Shown here in pieces: positions 10,034 to 19,408 of a stretch of DNA of 64,000 nucleotides (positions are counted from its first letter, which is position 1; the number at the start of each line of letters is the position of its first letter). The stretch is from an uncultured Marinomonas sp. (lineage in GTDB: Bacteria; Pseudomonadota; Gammaproteobacteria; Pseudomonadales; Marinomonadaceae), in assembly GCA_963975045.1 (NCBI GenBank), contig CAXBGJ010000001.1, positions 12,220 to 76,219 of the forward strand. The letters run 5' to 3'. Both the position numbers and the translations under genes were made by a program. The notes beneath the pieces were generated by a model. The model ran no database searches. It saw nothing but the letters and a program-made list of their open reading frames with translations, and was not told the origin of the DNA.

Positions 10034-10543
10034 TCATGCCTTACTTGGGGCTTCCGTTTTTTTCATTTCGGCACCAAACATTTTTTTCAAATGATCTTTA
10101 TTTAAGTCAAATAAACTGCCGCCTTCGCCAAAATGTTTAGCAAAAATCTTGCCCAATACATAAGTTGAAGTAGAGGCTAACGCAGGTAATGTAAATGCAC
10201 TTGCCAAAGTACCAATTCCTGGAATCGCTTTAATAAGAGAGCCCACAGCTCCGGCTGCAATGGTTTTAGGCATAAGCCCTGCAATCAATGTTGAAATAAT
10301 AACCTTACTTTTATTATCTGTAAGCTCTACTTCATAATGCTTGGCAAGCTGTTGAATCATTCGAACTTGAACCCCAGCAATGGCAGCAAAATCTAAAACT
10401 GGAATCATAACCAAACCACCAGCAGCCGCTAATTTGCTATGAAATTTAACAATATCCATTGCATCGGAACTTTTTTCGCCAGCTCCAATCTCTTCTGAAT
10501 TATTTGCTTCCATTTCAATTTCTTCTGAGTTATTTCCTTTCAT
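10034..10543 (-). CDS. DUF697 / YcjF-like protein
   Basis: AAAGGLVMIPVLDFAAIAGVQVRMIQQLAKHY and KAIPGIGT...ASTSTYVLGKIF pattern typical of DUF697; GAGG SD upstream of the ATG. Confidence 0.72.
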   Translation of the reverse strand: MKGNNSEEIEMEANNSEEIGAGEKSSDAMDIVKFHSKLAAAGGLVMIPVLDFAAIAGVQVRMIQQLAKHYEVELTDNKSKVIISTLIAGLMPKTIAAGAVGSLIKAIPGIGTLASAFTLPALASTSTYVLGKIFAKHFGEGGSLFDLNKDHLKKMFGAEMKKTEAPSKA

Positions 10544-10546
10544 TTG
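10487..10546. repeat. Imperfect 30-bp tandem duplication spanning the DUF697 start codon
   Basis: aatctcttctgaattatttgcttccatttc / aatttcttctgagttatttcctttcatttg; encodes MKGNNSEEI-E-MEANNSEEI. Confidence 0.8.
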
Positions 10547-10832
10547 AATTACCTCTAAGTTAGGACGATCAAGAGATTACCATTTTTAACTATAGACAAA
10601 AATAATAAGCTATTCCTAGCAATAGTACTAGGGCAATTATTATAAAACATTCAGTCGCGAAAACCATACCAATAGATAAATACCAATTATAGTAGAACCT
10701 ACACATTTCTGTTGTATTTTCATGTTGAAAAATACGTTATAAATAAGAGACTTAATATAATTTATAACATTTTTCACATCTTCCCTACTACCTTTAGGCA
10801 TTTTATTTGTGTAAACAAATAATACTGATATT

Positions 10833-13800
10833 TCACTTACCCAATTCAGTTTTCGCTAAAATAAACTTGAGTTGAGGATCTTTTAATAAATTATCATGTG
10901 TCCCATTAGGTACGACTGTTATAGCAACCGACTGACAATAATTAGTCCAAATTTGCTCCGGATCGGCGTCTTTCCAAGCAGGGTTATCCGCCGCTGTTAT
11001 AATGGTCATACTGCCGTCATAGTAGCTTGGCTCATAAGTACTATATGCTTTCATCGAAGCAAGAATGACCTTTGATAAGCGCTGTAATGAGAGTAAATCA
11101 AACCAAACCGGTAATACTTTTTGAAGAATACCTTGCTCAAGTAAACACTCAATGTTGTTCTCAGTATGTTCTTCAAGCGAAATACCCATAGCATTTGCTG
11201 TAAATAATATAGGATTAGCGAAATGACCACTCAGGTCTTCGTCAAAGCTAGAAAATGGTGCCGCATCAATCATCATTAATTGCGAGACATGATGCCCTTG
11301 TCGCTGCAATTGCAACGCAACTTCAAAGGCAATCATGCCACCTAAAGACCAACCCATAAGTCGATAAGGGCCATTGGGCTGAACATTCAATATTTCACTG
11401 ACATAACGTTCAGCCATCAGCTCAACACGATCCAAAGCCTGATCATTATCTTTTATTCCGGGCGCCTGAAACCCGTAAAAACTTTGGTCACTGGCAAGTC
11501 GTTGACTAAGTTCGTAATAACACAACGGTATACCCGTAAGTGGTGAAAACGCAAAAATTGGCTTCGGCAAAGCAGTCTCACGTGTTTCTACCGCATCAGA
11601 AATCACTTTAAACGGAATTAAAACACTCGTATCGCTTTCGTTATTTACCTCGATCCAATTCGCCATTTTTTCTACCGTCGGGTATTGGAATACGGCCGCC
11701 ATAGGCACCGTTATATTCATGCTTTTACGAATTTGATCAACCAATTTCATTACTGTCATTGAGTGTCCCCCTAATGCAAAGAAGTCATCCGTAATACCAC
11801 AACGGCCAACCCCCGTCACATCAGACCATGCCTGAAGTAATTGCATTTCAACATGAGTACGTGGTGCCATTTGATTTGCCTGTTCTGAGTCGCCTTCTTG
11901 TATACCTAAAACGCAAGTGGGGTCAGGCAAGGTCGCTCGGTTCAATTTACCGTTTATGGTCATAGGGAGATTAGATAAAATAGTGTAGCTTGCTGGCCAC
12001 ATGTGTTCCGGTAACTTATTTTTAATGGCTCGAGCCAGCCCTTCAATTAGCTCATTGTCGTGCATCACTTGTTCTTTGGGTGAATTACTAAGCATCGATG
12101 CATTACTTACAGAGCCAAAATCATGTAATTCATTAACAGTTTGATGGAGCGTTTTCACACTATGCACATCTAAACTGCTTAAATATATCACTGCACTAAA
12201 GCCATATTCGCGATCTACACAGGGCATAATACGCACCGCATAACCCTTTAATTCTACTTGTTCAGCCAGTTCCTCTGGGTTAATAGCCTTACAGGTATTG
12301 GTTATCAAACCTAACTGTCTATAGGTCTCCGCCACACGTTTATCCAATACGTAAGGTAAATAAACAAACGTCGATGTCATTTCTTTTGCATCAAGAGAGA
12401 CTATCAAGTCTTCAATCGACGAAAGCTCATTCATAACAATCGGCTGTGTTATTGAGTCCGTCACGTTAAACTCTGCATTCTTCTCATCACTCAACGGATC
12501 ACGTTTCCAAAAGCAAACATCATAACGATAATTAACCATTTCGTTATCTTGATGTCCGCGCTGATAGTCAACACTAAAGCCTGCCACCTGATTGTTATCA
12601 CGAGAAAAATCAGAAAACAATGCTGGAGAAAGTACTAATTCATACTCATTTTTCAAGCGTGATTGAGCCAAATGCAGTACTTCGTTTGCAGACATTATCT
12701 TTGCGTGCACTTCGTTGTCATACTGGATTACTGAGGCATGAAAACCGGTTAATCTAGGTAAACTCCGAATATCACCGAGGAAAAGCGTACCTGATGGTTT
12801 GAGCATCTTCATAGATTGCTCTAATACTTTCTGTAGGTAGACCTGATTAGGAAAATACTGCACCACAGAATTAAGAATAACCAAATCATAAAAAGCGTCT
12901 TCACATTGTGAGAGATCATGCGCAGCCCCTACTTGCAACTCAACATGCTTCCAATTGCGTGCAAGTGCTTGTTGCTTCAACTTAGTAATCGTCGCTTGCG
13001 ATATATCTATTCCTCGGTAATGTGATACATGCGGTGCCAAACCATGCAATATCATGCCACTGCCACAACCTATCTCGAGTACTTTGCGGGGATTTAAACT
13101 TCTTAACCGTTGCAGTCGAGATGAAAGCCATTCACGCATAATATGGGACGGAATTAGCGACTGAGTATAACTGCTGTTCCACCCTCGAATATCAAAGCCA
13201 TCATCATTCACCTCTGCTGAGTTTTCTTCGTAAACGCTTTCATACAAGGTCTGCCAACTCTTCAATACATCATTGTTAAGCTTCTGATCATCATTCAATG
13301 CGTTGTTAGGTACAATATAAGCGGCAAGTGTTGCGTTGTCTTGGCCAGCATTAAGTACTTTCACTGCTGCCTGCTGCACCGACTTATGCTCCGTCAGATG
13401 CGCTTCTATTTCTTCTAATTCGATACGAAAACCACGTAATTGAACCTGCTGATCGATTCGACCAAGGTACTGCAGATGTCCAGGGATCGTTCTTCGTGCC
13501 AAATCACCCGTTCGGTAAAGCCGTGAACCATCAACAGAATAGGGATCAGGAACAAATTGAACTGCAGTTAATGACGCTTTATTTAAATAACCGCGACTCA
13601 CCCCCATACCACCCACATAGATTTCACCAACCACCCCCACAGGCACAGAGTTCATAGCGCTATCCAACAAGTGAACCTGTAAATGACTGATCGCGTCGCC
13701 GATATGACTGCTTGATTGATGAGTCATCATCTCATCAATCTCTTGATACGTAACATGTACCGTTGTCTCGGTAATACCATACATGTTGACCAAGCGGCAT

Positions 13801-16800
13801 CGCCCCTCCGCTTCACCCGAATCGCCATAACGTTTAAACCAAGTTTTTAAACGATTAAATTCAAGCGTTTCTCCACCAAAAATAATCCAACGTAAAGCAA
13901 GATTTAGCGGTGCTGTAAAACGTTCATCCGCAGCCATCAAGTTATAAAATGCTGATGGTGTTTGATTTAACACTGTGACTTTGTGATTTTCTAGAACAGC
14001 TAAAAATTCATCTGGTTGACGAGTCAATTGTTTCGGTATCACCAGCAAATTTGCGCCATGAGACCAGGCCCCCCAAATTTCCCAAACGGAAAAATCGAAC
14101 GCGTAAGAATGAAAAAATGTCCAAACATCCTGCTCATTAAATGAAAATTTTTGATCACAACTGGCGATTAAACTAGTGACATTTCGGTGGCTAACCACAA
14201 CACCTTTAGGCTTACCTGTTGAACCTGATGTATAAATAATATAAGCGGCACTTTCAGGGTGAATGCACACTTTAGGCGCCAGCTCAAATTCACCATTACA
14301 TTGAGCTTGTTCTAATAATGTCGAAATCACATGAACAGGTACACCCGCAAAGTTTGAAAAATACTGATCACTGAGAATAAAAATAGGCTGTGCATCTTCT
14401 AACATATGTTGCAAACGAGTACTTGGATAGACTGGGTCCAAAGGGACATAAACGCCACCGGCTTTGAGAATCGCGAGCAAGCCTATTAATAATTCAAGAC
14501 CTCGCTCAGCCATCAAACCGACTCGATCCTCATTGTTAAGACCAAGCTGTAGAAGTTGATGCGCGAGCTTATTTGATTTTCTATCTAATTCGGCGTAGCT
14601 CACCTGTGCAGCTGGCTGTTCGCCATTCAGGAGTGTGATAGCGGTAGCATAAGGATAATGCAACACCATTTTTGCAAACAATCTGGGCAAATTATCACCC
14701 ATATCAGATTGAATAGTCCTTGGGATCTGGCCTAAATACGGTGTTTCAACCTTACGATCAATCTCCGGCATTAGCGGTACTGAGAGTAATGGACATGCTG
14801 GATTTCGCATCCAAAACTGCAATAACTCTTTGTACATTTGCGTAAATCGAATAACACTATTGTGATTAAATATGTCCGTATTGTAGACCCAATAACCACG
14901 TATTTGTCCATCGCTTTCAAGCCAGAGATGACACTCAAGATCAAACCTGACCCAATGAATATCGCTACTTAACGCCTTCACTGCAAGTTCAGGCAAAGAG
15001 ACGTCGCCTGTCGGGGCATTCTGTAATGTAAAGTGCACTTGAAACAAAGGATGCATAGAGCCATCACGCTCTTGCATAAGCGCTTCAACTACTTGCTCAA
15101 AGGGTAAGTCTTGATTTGAGTAAGCGTTAAGTGCTACATCACGTACACGCATTAGCAATTCATGAAAATTAGGGTTGCCCACCATATCCGTGCGCATCAC
15201 CAACATATTAACAAAAAAGCCTATCAACGAATCCAAACCCGCATGATTACGGTTGGCCACAGGACTGCCAACAACAATATCTGTTTGACCTGACAAGCGT
15301 GATAATAAAGCTTGATAAACGCTGAGTAATCCCATGTAGAGTGTGGTGTTATTTTCTTTGCAAAAAACGCCAACTGCTTGTGAAAGCGGCAAATCAAACT
15401 CAATTTTGACAACCTCGCCGGCATAACTTTGTTGAGCAGGTCTAGGACGGTCTAATGGAAGTTCAAGATGCGTCAATTGCTTCAGAGCGTCACGCCAATA
15501 AGTCAATTGAGCGTCTAAAACAGGCCCTAAAGAATAGCGCTGCCAATACGCAAAATCATGATATTGAATGGCTAAAGGTGGGCGCTGAGTGTCGCCACCC
15601 GCTAACGCTGATCGATATGCAACACTCAACTCGTGGGCCAGCACGCCTAATGACCAACCATCCGCAGCAATATGATGCAGCGTGATGGCAAACACACTCT
15701 GCTGCTCCGAAGTTCGGATTAACATAGCTCGTAGCATTAAATTATTCGTTAAATCAAAAGGTCGTTCCGCAAAGGCTTTAACCTGGTCAGAAATACTTTC
15801 TCCTGAACTCATTATCGACTCAAGCCATAAATAGTTATTTAGCTTGTCCACATCAATCACTCGTTGTATTACCTGCCCACTGTCGGTTTTTAAATAAACA
15901 GTACGCAATACCTCATGTCGAATGACTATGGATTTTAGTGCTTGGTCCAGAACAGGAACATTCAAATCACCATCGATTTGTAAGACTAAATTTATATAAT
16001 AAGCGGGACTCAGCGGGTTAATTTGCTCCATAAACCAAAGACGTTGCTGAGCAAAAGACAAGACACCTTGCTTCTTACCGACTGGGGCTAATTGTCTATT
16101 TTCCAAAGCTTCTATAGGGGGCAATACACTACCACGTTTTTCACGCAAGAAATGAGTCACTTGGTCCACATAATCAGTGATTTTAGGCGCTTCAAAAACC
16201 AGTTTTACAGGTAGAGACATAGATAGTTGTGCTTGTAGATCCGTCGTCATCTGCGTAGCAAATAAGGAGTGCCCTCCTAGGGCAAAAAAGTCCTTGTCTG
16301 GGTTTATGTTTTCGAGCCCAAGAAGCTTGCACCACAATTGTTCAACCATACTAAAGACAGGATTATCCTTTTGATCTAAGTAAGGCTTTTGCCAAATGTA
16401 GGCTTGCTCTATTTGACCAAAATAATCACTCGCTTTTGGTTTTGGTAAGTTAACCGAATCGATTTTTCCGTTGGCGCTCAATGGCAGTGCATCGAGATAA
16501 ACAAATGCAGATGGCATTTCGTATTCCGCCACGTAATTCATTAGATGTCGTCTAAGCGTCTCTTTATCCAAGCTAGACTCACCACTCCAGTAAGCAATCA
16601 GCTGTTTCTTTGATGTGTCAAACAACACATGAGCAAGATCAACTCCGACAAGGATAACTAAAGCAGCTGAAATGGCCCCTGGTTCAATCCGGTATCCACG
16701 TAATTTAACTTGATCGTCCATTCGACCTAAAAATTCAATATCACCATAAGCATTGATACGAGCTAAATCACCTGTAGCATATAAACGGGAACCAGACATC

Positions 16801-19382
16801 AAACTGAATGGATCGGGAATAAACTTCACTGCAGTTGATGTAGCTTGCTTCCAGTAGCCTTGCGCCACACCTAAGCCACCCACATACAATTGTCCCGAGA
16901 TACCATTAGCAACAGGCTGCAAATTTTCATCTAAAACGTAACAACTGCTGCCTGATATCGGCAAACCGATTGGCATAGTAACGGTGTTTTTTTGTACCGA
17001 CTTCGCTTCGTACCAACTACTAAACGTGGTATTTTCCGTCGGCCCATAAATATTCAGTAAGCGCGCTGGGCCAACACCACTGTTAATTAGTTGTGTCATT
17101 CGCTCACCATCAGCGACTTCACCACCTACTAATAACGTTGACAGCCCTTTAAATGCATCTTGGCGAGTCATAACAATTTGATTAAAGAGCGCCGTTGTCA
17201 AAAACATCGTATCTATGTTGTGCCGCTCAAGCGCTTGGGCGAATTCATTAGGGTCTAAAACCGTCTCTTTCGGTATCAGTACTAAAGTTGCGCCGTTTAA
17301 CAATGCTCCCCAAATTTCAAACGTCGCAGCATCAAACGATGTATTGGCAACTTGTGCAACACAAGAACCAGCATGAATTGGTGCGTAATCATTACCGCAC
17401 ACCAAGCGTACAACCCCCTGCTGTTCCACCACGATGCCTTTAGGTTTACCGGTCGAACCTGAACTGTACATCATATAAGCAGGTGCCATAGCGTCTACAA
17501 CAGACAATACAGACGGCTGGTCGGTATTGTTCAACGGCTCATCAATGCACATTATAGTTAGCAAAGGTAATTGCATGTCCAGCACGTCGGCTTTTAAACT
17601 AGACGAGGTGACAAGCAATTTAGCTTGACTGTCTTCTAACATCATTGCCATACGTTCATTTGGATAGGCTAAATCGATAGGGAAATAACTGGCGCCCAAC
17701 CTTGCTGTCGCCAGTAGAGTAACAACAAGTTCACAACCTCGTTCTAGTCGTAACGCCACCCAATCCGCCTGACGTACACCGTACGCATGCATTTGTTGTG
17801 CTCGAACAGTAACCCGATTATCAAGTTCTAAATACGTCAGCTCTATGAGACATTCATTTTGAGTAGATAATTCACGTAACGCGACCTTGTGAGTATTCTG
17901 TACAACCGACTGCTCAAATAAGACCGCTAGGCTTTTCTTGATATGATTAACGTGGTTTGTCGCACCTAAACTACGGCCTAGTTGCGTGCTTCTTGCTTGA
18001 GGCGACAGCAAACTATAATCCGTTAATAATTTAGTATCATCTTTGACTAACTGATCTAACAGGCTTGTCCATTGGTCAATTAAGTGATGAATTCGCTCAA
18101 CGGAAAACAATTGCGTGTTATAAGCAAAAAAACCTTCAATGCAAGGTGCTTGCAAATCTGTACTTTGCCAGACATGACACTCCATTTCAAAACGAACGGT
18201 CATGCCATCAGCTTCTAAAAAGCCCAGGCTCAATTCATTTTCATCAATATCGGAATGGGGCTGATTTTGTAAAGCGAATGCTACTTGAGCTAACGGTGGT
18301 CGAGATAAATCTCGCTGCACTACGTGATAATCGACAATATCCTCAAATGCCGCTTTATTGTGATCAAATGCTTCCAGCACAAGATCCTTAACATCACGCA
18401 GTAAAGCCGGAAAATCCATATCCACAGTGACATTCGCTCGAAGTAATAATGTATTTATGAAACAGCCTATCAAGCTTTCTAATTCTTTACGGTCACGCCC
18501 GGCTTGAGGCGAAGCAAGCACAATATCTGACTGCTTACTGATCCGCGAAAGTAGAATAAAAAAGCTGCTTAACAACCACATGTATAAAGACACATGTTCC
18601 TTCTTCGCTGCACGCTCAATCGAACTCGACAGAACACTAGAAAATCTAAACGACACACGCTCTGCGCGGTTTTCGAGTACTGCTGGTCGAGCAAAATCTA
18701 AAGGCAATTCAAGATTTTTTGAGCCCGCTAATTTGTGCTTCCAATAGGTTAGATCGACGTTTTTTTGTCTTTTTTGCTCAGTTGTTTGTTGCCACTTTGC
18801 ATAATCAGAATACTGTAGTGAGAGCGTTTCTAATGCCAGCGGCTCCTGTAATTTATAATGCTGATAATGAGTCATTAACTCTTTCGTCAGAATACTTAGA
18901 GACCAGCCATCGCATGCGATATGATGGATGGTGATTTGCAACCAATGTACTTCAGGGCTAATGCGTATTAATAACCCCCGTATTACAGGCCCTTTCTCAA
19001 GGTCAAAGTGAGCCCAAGCGTCTTTATTCAGAATAGTACGTGCTTGTGTCTCTGAATCTGCCAAGGTGCTTAAGTCAAGAATAGGTAGATCTAGCTCAGC
19101 GCTAGAGTGAATGATTTGTGTAATCTGACCTTCTTTAAATGAATAACTCGTTCGCAGTACTTCATGGCGCTGCACAACTGACTCAAAACTCCGTCTAAGT
19201 ACATCAATATCCCAAATGCCTTTTAGCACCACGGCATTGGGCATATTGTATGACCCAGGCTGAAGTTTCTCTGATAACCAGAATCGACGTTGATTATCAG
19301 ATACGACTAATGCTTTCGATGTTTTCTGCTGCAGACGGCGTAACATCGCAAGTTTTTGCTCTCTACTAAGTGGACTACTCAT
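10833..19382 (-). CDS. NRPS, modules 9-10 with termination: C-A(Ile)-T-C-A(Thr)[N-MT]-T-TE
   Basis: C motifs HHIACDG and HHIAADG. A9 code DAFFLGITFK (Ile) and A10 code DFWNIGMVHK (Thr). An N-methyltransferase (GWNSSY, LEIGCGSG, NSVVQYFP) is inserted in A10. T motifs GGHS, GGHS. TE has GWSLGG and GTH. Confidence 0.95.
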   Translation of the reverse strand: MSSPLSREQKLAMLRRLQQKTSKALVVSDNQRRFWLSEKLQPGSYNMPNAVVLKGIWDIDVLRRSFESVVQRHEVLRTSYSFKEGQITQIIHSSAELDLPILDLSTLADSETQARTILNKDAWAHFDLEKGPVIRGLLIRISPEVHWLQITIHHIACDGWSLSILTKELMTHYQHYKLQEPLALETLSLQYSDYAKWQQTTEQKRQKNVDLTYWKHKLAGSKNLELPLDFARPAVLENRAERVSFRFSSVLSSSIERAAKKEHVSLYMWLLSSFFILLSRISKQSDIVLASPQAGRDRKELESLIGCFINTLLLRANVTVDMDFPALLRDVKDLVLEAFDHNKAAFEDIVDYHVVQRDLSRPPLAQVAFALQNQPHSDIDENELSLGFLEADGMTVRFEMECHVWQSTDLQAPCIEGFFAYNTQLFSVERIHHLIDQWTSLLDQLVKDDTKLLTDYSLLSPQARSTQLGRSLGATNHVNHIKKSLAVLFEQSVVQNTHKVALRELSTQNECLIELTYLELDNRVTVRAQQMHAYGVRQADWVALRLERGCELVVTLLATARLGASYFPIDLAYPNERMAMMLEDSQAKLLVTSSSLKADVLDMQLPLLTIMCIDEPLNNTDQPSVLSVVDAMAPAYMMYSSGSTGKPKGIVVEQQGVVRLVCGNDYAPIHAGSCVAQVANTSFDAATFEIWGALLNGATLVLIPKETVLDPNEFAQALERHNIDTMFLTTALFNQIVMTRQDAFKGLSTLLVGGEVADGERMTQLINSGVGPARLLNIYGPTENTTFSSWYEAKSVQKNTVTMPIGLPISGSSCYVLDENLQPVANGISGQLYVGGLGVAQGYWKQATSTAVKFIPDPFSLMSGSRLYATGDLARINAYGDIEFLGRMDDQVKLRGYRIEPGAISAALVILVGVDLAHVLFDTSKKQLIAYWSGESSLDKETLRRHLMNYVAEYEMPSAFVYLDALPLSANGKIDSVNLPKPKASDYFGQIEQAYIWQKPYLDQKDNPVFSMVEQLWCKLLGLENINPDKDFFALGGHSLFATQMTTDLQAQLSMSLPVKLVFEAPKITDYVDQVTHFLREKRGSVLPPIEALENRQLAPVGKKQGVLSFAQQRLWFMEQINPLSPAYYINLVLQIDGDLNVPVLDQALKSIVIRHEVLRTVYLKTDSGQVIQRVIDVDKLNNYLWLESIMSSGESISDQVKAFAERPFDLTNNLMLRAMLIRTSEQQSVFAITLHHIAADGWSLGVLAHELSVAYRSALAGGDTQRPPLAIQYHDFAYWQRYSLGPVLDAQLTYWRDALKQLTHLELPLDRPRPAQQSYAGEVVKIEFDLPLSQAVGVFCKENNTTLYMGLLSVYQALLSRLSGQTDIVVGSPVANRNHAGLDSLIGFFVNMLVMRTDMVGNPNFHELLMRVRDVALNAYSNQDLPFEQVVEALMQERDGSMHPLFQVHFTLQNAPTGDVSLPELAVKALSSDIHWVRFDLECHLWLESDGQIRGYWVYNTDIFNHNSVIRFTQMYKELLQFWMRNPACPLLSVPLMPEIDRKVETPYLGQIPRTIQSDMGDNLPRLFAKMVLHYPYATAITLLNGEQPAAQVSYAELDRKSNKLAHQLLQLGLNNEDRVGLMAERGLELLIGLLAILKAGGVYVPLDPVYPSTRLQHMLEDAQPIFILSDQYFSNFAGVPVHVISTLLEQAQCNGEFELAPKVCIHPESAAYIIYTSGSTGKPKGVVVSHRNVTSLIASCDQKFSFNEQDVWTFFHSYAFDFSVWEIWGAWSHGANLLVIPKQLTRQPDEFLAVLENHKVTVLNQTPSAFYNLMAADERFTAPLNLALRWIIFGGETLEFNRLKTWFKRYGDSGEAEGRCRLVNMYGITETTVHVTYQEIDEMMTHQSSSHIGDAISHLQVHLLDSAMNSVPVGVVGEIYVGGMGVSRGYLNKASLTAVQFVPDPYSVDGSRLYRTGDLARRTIPGHLQYLGRIDQQVQLRGFRIELEEIEAHLTEHKSVQQAAVKVLNAGQDNATLAAYIVPNNALNDDQKLNNDVLKSWQTLYESVYEENSAEVNDDGFDIRGWNSSYTQSLIPSHIMREWLSSRLQRLRSLNPRKVLEIGCGSGMILHGLAPHVSHYRGIDISQATITKLKQQALARNWKHVELQVGAAHDLSQCEDAFYDLVILNSVVQYFPNQVYLQKVLEQSMKMLKPSGTLFLGDIRSLPRLTGFHASVIQYDNEVHAKIMSANEVLHLAQSRLKNEYELVLSPALFSDFSRDNNQVAGFSVDYQRGHQDNEMVNYRYDVCFWKRDPLSDEKNAEFNVTDSITQPIVMNELSSIEDLIVSLDAKEMTSTFVYLPYVLDKRVAETYRQLGLITNTCKAINPEELAEQVELKGYAVRIMPCVDREYGFSAVIYLSSLDVHSVKTLHQTVNELHDFGSVSNASMLSNSPKEQVMHDNELIEGLARAIKNKLPEHMWPASYTILSNLPMTINGKLNRATLPDPTCVLGIQEGDSEQANQMAPRTHVEMQLLQAWSDVTGVGRCGITDDFFALGGHSMTVMKLVDQIRKSMNITVPMAAVFQYPTVEKMANWIEVNNESDTSVLIPFKVISDAVETRETALPKPIFAFSPLTGIPLCYYELSQRLASDQSFYGFQAPGIKDNDQALDRVELMAERYVSEILNVQPNGPYRLMGWSLGGMIAFEVALQLQRQGHHVSQLMMIDAAPFSSFDEDLSGHFANPILFTANAMGISLEEHTENNIECLLEQGILQKVLPVWFDLLSLQRLSKVILASMKAYSTYEPSYYDGSMTIITAADNPAWKDADPEQIWTNYCQSVAITVVPNGTHDNLLKDPQLKFILAKTELGK

Positions 19383-19408
19383 ACTCTAATCGCTCAACTT
19401 TAGTTCGG

